Positions 41,010 to 46,269 of a stretch of DNA of 46,269 bases are shown here, piece by piece. Origin of the DNA: a virus (taxonomy: Duplodnaviria; Caudoviricetes). The stretch lies in the IMG/VR virus record IMGVR_UViG_3300037511_000401, positions 1 to 46,269 of that record; one strand, given 5' to 3'. The notes below the pieces were generated by a model. That model did no database searches. It was not told the origin of the DNA and saw only the letters and a list, made by a program, of their open reading frames with translations. Each line of letters starts with the position of its first letter. Positions within the stretch are counted from its first letter, which is position 1. A program made the translations under genes and the position numbers.

Positions 41010-41608
41010 ACCGAATCGGACGACTCGGCATTGCTGCTGCATCCGCGATCCTGGCCTCTGGATCGGTGACGGCGTGCGGCGCCCTGCACGCCGCCCCGAT
41101 TTCCAACGCCACGGCCAACCCGAATCCGGCGATCGAGAAGATCAACTGGTACTCACCGGAGCAGCGGGCCAAGGAGGCGAAGCGGCAGGAGCGCGACGCC
41201 AGTAACGTCTCCAGCTCGCGCTCCAGCGATGCGGCAGCCGTGGCCATCGCGTACGCCCGCACGAAGATCGGCGTCCCCTACCTGTGGGGCGGTGAAGGCA
41301 CTGCGGCGCAGGGCGGCCGGTTCGACTGCTCCGGCCTGACGCAAGCGGCGTACGCGAAGGCGGGGATCCGCATCCCCCGAGTTGCGAACGACCAGTACAG
41401 GACGACGAACAACCACCCGTCCTGGAGCGAACTGAAGCCCGGCGACCTGGTCTTCTTCGGCCAGAAGGGCAACTGGCGCTCGATCCATCACGTCGGGATC
41501 TACATCGGCGGCGGCAAGATGCTGCACGCCCCGCGTACCGGCACGAAGATCCGGATCAACGACGTGCACTACATGTCCGACTACTTCGGAGCGACGAGGG
41601 TGGCCTGA
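41006..41608 (+). CDS. NlpC/P60 lipoprotein
   Basis: Lipobox VTAC; GVPYLWGG, FDCSGL, PGDLVFF, HHVGIY, HAP. Confidence 0.9.
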   Translation: MNRIGRLGIAAASAILASGSVTACGALHAAPISNATANPNPAIEKINWYSPEQRAKEAKRQERDASNVSSSRSSDAAAVAIAYARTKIGVPYLWGGEGTAAQGGRFDCSGLTQAAYAKAGIRIPRVANDQYRTTNNHPSWSELKPGDLVFFGQKGNWRSIHHVGIYIGGGKMLHAPRTGTKIRINDVHYMSDYFGATRVA

Positions 41609-41916
41609 TGGCTGAGTACACGGTGCGCGTCATGCGCAGGACGGCGCCCCTGCTGGGCGACAAGATGCGGGTCCGCAAGCTGGAGCACGACGAGGTGACC
41701 GTCGAGGCCACCGACGAGGATGACGCCCTGGCCAAGGTGATCAAGGCCGAGTACGAGGAGGGTGGCAGCAGACTCCGGGTCTACGTCGAGGTGGACGTCG
41801 CCAGCGGCGGATCCCGAGGACGAGGCGACTACGCCCTGATGGAGGTCAGGGACGAGGAGCGCCAGCAAGAACTGATCGAGGAGTGGACCGGCGCGTACGG
41901 CCCTCCGTCGGAATGA
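41608..41916 (+). CDS. Hypothetical protein
   Basis: TGATG coupling; GC3 bias. Confidence 0.65.
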   Translation: MAEYTVRVMRRTAPLLGDKMRVRKLEHDEVTVEATDEDDALAKVIKAEYEEGGSRLRVYVEVDVASGGSRGRGDYALMEVRDEERQQELIEEWTGAYGPPSE

Positions 41917-41932
41917 GGAATCGGAGAAGAGC

Positions 41933-42457
41933 ATGAAGAAGACCACGGTCGACCTGAGCGGACCCGTCATCAAGGTCTCGGTCGACGACGGCACGTCCGT
42001 CCTGACGCACGACATCCCGCCCGCCCTGGTCGACGAGGTCGTGAAGGACCTGAAGATCGAGCGTGACGCGGCGACCCAGTTCCTGATCACGTACGTCGGC
42101 TGCACCCTGCGCAACGTCGGCGACGACAAGGGCGCCGAGGTCGAGTTCCTGAAGCTCACCATGGAGGCCCTGAAGGAGCGCAAGAGCTGGGCCATGGCCT
42201 GCGTCAAGACGTTCTCCAGGACGCTCCTTCCGATGATCGGCGAGTCCGTCAAGAAGGCGAAGGCGGCCGGTCAGGACCCGGTCACGGTGATCTCCGTGGA
42301 GTTCGAGCTTCCGATGGACGCGGCCAAGTCGTTCGCCGCCTGCGCCGAGCTGAAGGAGCAGGGCATGAGCGACGAGAAGATCGAGGAAGCCCTGATCGAG
42401 GGCATCACCGACCAGGACCCGGAAGAGCTGGCGAAGAAGTCCGTCCTCGGGAAGTGA
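41933..42457 (+). CDS. Hypothetical protein
   Basis: RBS GGAG; strong GC3 bias. Confidence 0.7.
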   Translation: MKKTTVDLSGPVIKVSVDDGTSVLTHDIPPALVDEVVKDLKIERDAATQFLITYVGCTLRNVGDDKGAEVEFLKLTMEALKERKSWAMACVKTFSRTLLPMIGESVKKAKAAGQDPVTVISVEFELPMDAAKSFAACAELKEQGMSDEKIEEALIEGITDQDPEELAKKSVLGK

Positions 42458-42523
42458 CCCCAGACGGGAAGCGGGCGGCCGGAGAGACCGGTCGCCCGCG
42501 TCATGCACGGGAAAGGAGAAGGT

Positions 42524-42850
42524 GTGAGCCGGAACAAGATGGCGGGCGTTGTCCTGCTGGAGGTCGAGCTGCTGAAGGCGACCAGCCGACAGAAGCGGGT
42601 GGCGGTCGAGGTCGCATGGCCCGACATGCTGTCCCTGCCGCTGTCGGGTGACACCATGCAGCTCGACCGGGTGAAGGTCGACATCGGGCGCGGACCGGCC
42701 GACGACGACATGATCCTCGACGCCCCGCAGTCGCTGTCCGACTTCACGTGGCAGGCGAGCTTCGGCGGGGACGAGTGGATCTCGGCCCAGACGTTCGCCA
42801 CCACCGTCAAGCACAGCCCGAACGTCATCAACGCCCGGATCATGCAGTGA
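42524..42850 (+). CDS. Hypothetical protein
   Basis: GTG after AAAGGAG. Confidence 0.65.
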   Translation: MSRNKMAGVVLLEVELLKATSRQKRVAVEVAWPDMLSLPLSGDTMQLDRVKVDIGRGPADDDMILDAPQSLSDFTWQASFGGDEWISAQTFATTVKHSPNVINARIMQ

Positions 42851-43560
42851 GGGGTACCGTGCACGCGGCGATCGGCGCTTCGGCGCCGGTCGGCCTCGTG
42901 CTGACCCAGCACGCGAGCATCCTCCAGGGCGCCACGATGGCTGCGATCTCCGCCGGGTACGCCTTGATGCCGGACTTGGACCACCCGGATGCGTGTGCCT
43001 CGAAGGCGCTCGGATCCCCCGTCCACAAAGTTGTCCACAGCCTGTGCAAGGTGGTCGTGAAGTCGACGGCCACTGGGCGGGACCGGAGCTACATCCGCTG
43101 GAAGCTGATCAAAGGACGCGACCCGTACCACCGGACCCTGACGCACACCCTGCTCGTCGCGGTGGCTGTAGGCGTCGCGGCTTACGCATTGGCTTTCGTC
43201 TCGGCTGTAGCGACCGGCCTGACCGCAGCACTCGGGGTGTTCATGCTCTGGCCGCTGTACCGCAAGACGGTCGGCGCGGTGGTCCTCGGAGCCGCTGTCG
43301 CGGCGGTGGCGTCGGTCATCTACCTGAACCCCTGGCTGATGGGGCTCGCGGTGATGGGCGGCTACGCCAGTCACATTGTCGCCGACGGCTGCACGGCGGC
43401 CGGAGTTCCGGCCCTGTGGCCCCTGAAGATCCAGGGGAAGCGCTGGTGGAACATCCGCCTGCTCGGTGGCCTGGTCTCTTCCGGCTCGTTCGAGGAGAAA
43501 GGACCGGCGATCGGGGTGGCCATGGCCTCCAACGCCCTTCTGGTTCTTCTGAGCCTCTGA
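42847..43560 (+). CDS. YdjM-family membrane metal-dependent hydrolase
   Basis: H...G, LMPDLDHP, HRTLTHT, GYASHIVAD..T..GVP.LWP; terminator AGAAAAGCCCGGCC/GGCCGGGCTTTTCT follows. Confidence 0.85.
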   Translation: MRGTVHAAIGASAPVGLVLTQHASILQGATMAAISAGYALMPDLDHPDACASKALGSPVHKVVHSLCKVVVKSTATGRDRSYIRWKLIKGRDPYHRTLTHTLLVAVAVGVAAYALAFVSAVATGLTAALGVFMLWPLYRKTVGAVVLGAAVAAVASVIYLNPWLMGLAVMGGYASHIVADGCTAAGVPALWPLKIQGKRWWNIRLLGGLVSSGSFEEKGPAIGVAMASNALLVLLSL

Positions 43561-43660
43561 GAAAAGCCCGGCCCCGGCCGGGCTTTTCTGCTCTTGGCGA
43601 ATGGCCTTCTCGTGCCGCACAATCGAGTACGGAAGTGGAGGGAAAGGTGATGCGATTCCC

Positions 43661-44086
43661 GTGACCTACGAGAAGGACGAGGTGTACGGCACGCCGACGC
43701 GCCGGACTCTGGCGTACACGCGAACGGGCGGAGAGCCCACGACCGTGGACTTCCGGGCCCGAGCGATACCGGTTCCGCGCGAGGACCGCACGATGGCTCC
43801 GCCCGAGGAGACAAGCCCTTACGGCCCCGAGGCGGTCGTCCGTGCGCGCGAGATGGACTACGAGCTGACGACCCGGATCCAGCAGGAGTCGCCCTACGTG
43901 GCGCAGGAGGTCGTCGAGCACCGCGTGCACGACTACCGGCTCTACGTCGGCATGTGGATCGTTGCGGGCATCAGCGCCGTGACGGCCTTCCTCACGTTCG
44001 GCCTGATGTATCTCGTGATCGCTGGCGTGGCCACGGTCTTCGCCCTGATCTCCTCCCCCGGCCAGCAGTACCGGGATGCCGATTGA
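43661..44086 (+). CDS. Membrane protein (two C-terminal TM helices)
   Basis: VTYEKDEV...; hydrophobic C-terminus; start uncertain. Confidence 0.6.
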   Translation: MTYEKDEVYGTPTRRTLAYTRTGGEPTTVDFRARAIPVPREDRTMAPPEETSPYGPEAVVRAREMDYELTTRIQQESPYVAQEVVEHRVHDYRLYVGMWIVAGISAVTAFLTFGLMYLVIAGVATVFALISSPGQQYRDAD

Positions 44087-44139
44087 CGCGGACCGGATGG
44101 CTGCCATAAACTGAACTTACCTGAAGGAGAGGGAAGTTC

Positions 44140-44361
44140 ATGGGAGTCGTGAGTCGCGTCCTGTACGTGTTGCGTGGACGCGGAGAAGGTCACCTGGTCG
44201 TCGAGAACACGGGCGACGTGACCGAGACGGGCGGCGGCAACGCGGTCTCCGGATACTCCGGACCGCCGCCTCGCCACGGCCGGAGCATCGTCGTGAAGAA
44301 CACGGGTGCTGCAACGGCGACGGGCGACGGCAACGCCGTCTCCGGAATCGACTACACCTGA
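44140..44361 (+). CDS. Small protein with two internal V.NTG..T..G.GNAVSG repeats
   Basis: RBS GGAGAGGG; duplicated motif visible at both DNA and protein level. Confidence 0.65.
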   Translation: MGVVSRVLYVLRGRGEGHLVVENTGDVTETGGGNAVSGYSGPPPRHGRSIVVKNTGAATATGDGNAVSGIDYT

Positions 44362-44564
44362 TGGCCGGGCGCCCGAAGTCGGAGCAGAGCGACGAAAAGC
44401 GCAGCGAGCGCACAGTGGTTCGCTGGACCGCCACCGAAAAGAAGCGCCTCGAAGATGCGAAGAAGGAGATGGGTCTCGCATTCGAGGTGGATGTCATCCG
44501 CATCCTCACGCTTCGAGGGCTGGATTCCAGGCTGGCCGAGGAGCGGGAAAACGTGGCAGAGTGA
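44361..44564 (+). CDS. Ribbon-helix-helix (MobC/CopG-like) protein
   Basis: GRPK...KRSERTVVRWT..EK..LE..........VIR. Confidence 0.65.
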   Translation: MAGRPKSEQSDEKRSERTVVRWTATEKKRLEDAKKEMGLAFEVDVIRILTLRGLDSRLAEERENVAE

Positions 44565-44755
44565 TCGCCATGACGAACAGCACTTCCACGGATCCTCTGG
44601 TCGACATCCACGAGGCCGCAGCCCGCATGGGCGTGAAGGAACGCCGAGCCCGTCGCATCCTCGCGCAGAACCTCATCAGCCCGGTGCGGACCGCTTACGG
44701 AATCCGCTACCGCCTCGACGACGTTCGCGACGTCAAGCGGATGTACCAGCAGTGA
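44561..44755 (+). CDS. Excisionase-like HTH protein
   Basis: LVDIHEAAARMGV...ARR......I.P......RY..DDV. Confidence 0.75.
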   Translation: MIAMTNSTSTDPLVDIHEAAARMGVKERRARRILAQNLISPVRTAYGIRYRLDDVRDVKRMYQQ

Positions 44756-44877
44756 AGAACGCCCTGAAGCAAGTCGCGAAGGAGCTGGCATTCGCCGTAG
44801 TGGCGGCTGCCATCTTCTCTGCGCTGTTCATCATCGGCCATCTCGCGATTTATCAGGAGTGGCCCCGCTGGAAATAG
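44752..44877 (+). CDS. Small single-TM protein
   Basis: GTGA coupling; LAFAVVAAAIFSALFII. Confidence 0.5.
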   Translation: MKNALKQVAKELAFAVVAAAIFSALFIIGHLAIYQEWPRWK

Positions 44878-44899
44878 TGGGGCCTGGAAGGGAGAAGAC

Positions 44900-45424
44900 G
44901 TGAACCCCGATCAGCAGATCCGTGCCGCCGCAGCACAGGCGGCGGCCACTCTGATGGCACCCATCCAGCCGCTTCCGGCCGACTACGTAGCCGTGGCCGA
45001 AGTCGTCGAGGCGTTCATCCGGGACGGCAAGGAGGCGGCGTTCGCGCTCTGCCCGCCCGCCGAGGAGACCGCGCCCGTGCAGCAGTCCCCGGCCCCCCAG
45101 CCGGAGGTCACCTCGGAGGCCCCGGCCCCCCGGCCGGAACCGGAAGACGTGAGGCCGGAACCGGAGCCTGCCGGGCAGGACGCCGAGGTGATCCCGCTCG
45201 CGGCCCGGGGCAGCGTGGCGCCGAAGCAGGAGGGCGCTCGGCGGATCGTCGAGGACACCCGGCGCAAGCGGGCTGAGAAGATCTTCGCCGAGGCGAAGAT
45301 GGCCAAGGTCAAGGCGCACAAGGAACGCCTCCTCGACGAGGCCAGCGAAGCCGGGCTCTCCGACTACCCGCTGCCCATCGACGGCAAGACGATCACGCTC
45401 GGAGCGTATCTCGCTTCCCTGTAG
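44900..45424 (+). CDS. Hypothetical protein with Pro/Glu linker
   Basis: RBS GGGAG. Confidence 0.7.
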   Translation: MNPDQQIRAAAAQAAATLMAPIQPLPADYVAVAEVVEAFIRDGKEAAFALCPPAEETAPVQQSPAPQPEVTSEAPAPRPEPEDVRPEPEPAGQDAEVIPLAARGSVAPKQEGARRIVEDTRRKRAEKIFAEAKMAKVKAHKERLLDEASEAGLSDYPLPIDGKTITLGAYLASL

Positions 45425-45510
45425 GGAAGTTGACTCTCGTCTGTGATAGAATCGCAGAAGAGAAGAAAACGCAGGTATCTTTAAGTGACCAGTTCACGAG
45501 GAGGTACCGA

Positions 45511-45801
45511 ATGATGAGCACAGGCGCGACCATCAGCCAGACCGTCGAGAATCTGCTGGCCATCCGGGTCAGCGAAGACCGAGAAAGCCTGGCTGGCAGT
45601 ACGGTCCGCAAGGTGTACACGAAGAAGCTGAAGGAGCTGGCCGATCACCTCGGCGTCTCCCTGGCGTACTTGCCACGGAAGATCCAGGCGGGCACATGGG
45701 ATGCTCGTGAGATCGACCAGCTCGCAGACTTCTTCGAGATGTGGCCCGGCGACTTCGTTCCGGGCCCAGAGGATGCGAAATCGGAACAGGAGAAGGTGTG
45801 A
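45511..45801 (+). CDS. XRE/Cro-like HTH regulator
   Basis: KELADHLGVS..Y..RK...G.W...EI..LA.FF; RBS GAGGAGG. Confidence 0.7.
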   Translation: MMSTGATISQTVENLLAIRVSEDRESLAGSTVRKVYTKKLKELADHLGVSLAYLPRKIQAGTWDAREIDQLADFFEMWPGDFVPGPEDAKSEQEKV

Positions 45802-46269
45802 AGTTCACCGACGAACAGCAGGCCGCGATCGACATGGCCGTCAAGGGAGACCCGTTCTCCCTGGTGGCTCCGGCCGGATCCGGCAAGAGCGCGACCGCCT
45901 GGGGAATGGCGAAGCAGCTCAAGGGCAAGCGGGTCCTTTACTTGGTCTACAACACGCAGGCACGCCGGGACGCGGAGAAGAAGTTCGCCGGTCTGGACTG
46001 GGTCACCGTGCGCACGACGAGCCAGCTCGCCTGGCGCGCGTACGCCAACACCCACAAGGACCGCATGGCGATCGACGCACCGCACGTCCCCGCGAAGGAC
46101 GTCGCCAAGGCGCTCAACCTGACGCCGAAGGACTTCGGCGACAAGCTGGTCCTGGACGGCTTCACGCAGGCCCGGCTGGCGGCCGACGCGATCGACAAGT
46201 TCGCGAACTCCGCCGACACCAAGCTCACCGAGTGGCACGTCAGCATCCCGGTGGTCGGCCCCGGCGAGG
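45798..46269 (+). CDS. UvrD/Rep-like SF1 helicase, truncated by the window end
   Basis: Manual translation: VKFTDEQQAAI...SLVAPAGSGKS...VLYLVYNTQA...VRTTSQLAW. Confidence 0.8.
   Translation, partial: MKFTDEQQAAIDMAVKGDPFSLVAPAGSGKSATAWGMAKQLKGKRVLYLVYNTQARRDAEKKFAGLDWVTVRTTSQLAWRAYANTHKDRMAIDAPHVPAKDVAKALNLTPKDFGDKLVLDGFTQARLAADAIDKFANSADTKLTEWHVSIPVVGPGE

Overview
High-GC actinobacterial mobile DNA, probably from Streptomyces. It mixes phage-type modules with Streptomyces-type conjugation modules. The phage-type modules are two paralogous tail-spike/fibre-like genes, an amidase endolysin-holin cassette, HU, SNF2 and UvrD-like helicases, tRNA-Ile and many small coupled ORFs. The conjugation-type modules are a TraB/FtsK ATPase, Spd-like membrane proteins, a GntR/UTRA KorSA/TraR-like repressor, and SLT plus NlpC/P60 hydrolases. 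A large phage-plasmid or conjugative prophage fits best, but no capsid, terminase, integrase or replication-initiator gene is clearly visible in this window. The most striking part is an RNA locus at 15.8-19.6 kb. It has (i) a promoter-driven, fully structured ncRNA operon with one normal tRNA-Ile and two tRNA-like RNAs whose anticodon arms are rebuilt, and (ii) a Ro60/TROVE (Rsr) gene preceded by three tandem Y-like RNAs. The three RNAs share a covarying scaffold but carry different tRNA-mimicking inserts: a 7-nt TTG loop, a Cys-type anticodon arm plus T-like arm, and a circularly permuted YrlA-type tRNA module. Several recurring intergenic motifs (GGCCTAGGCC, CAACTT-N16-WGTTGA, phased GAATC clusters) suggest element-wide regulation. 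All calls come from reading motifs by eye; no database search or folding computation was run.
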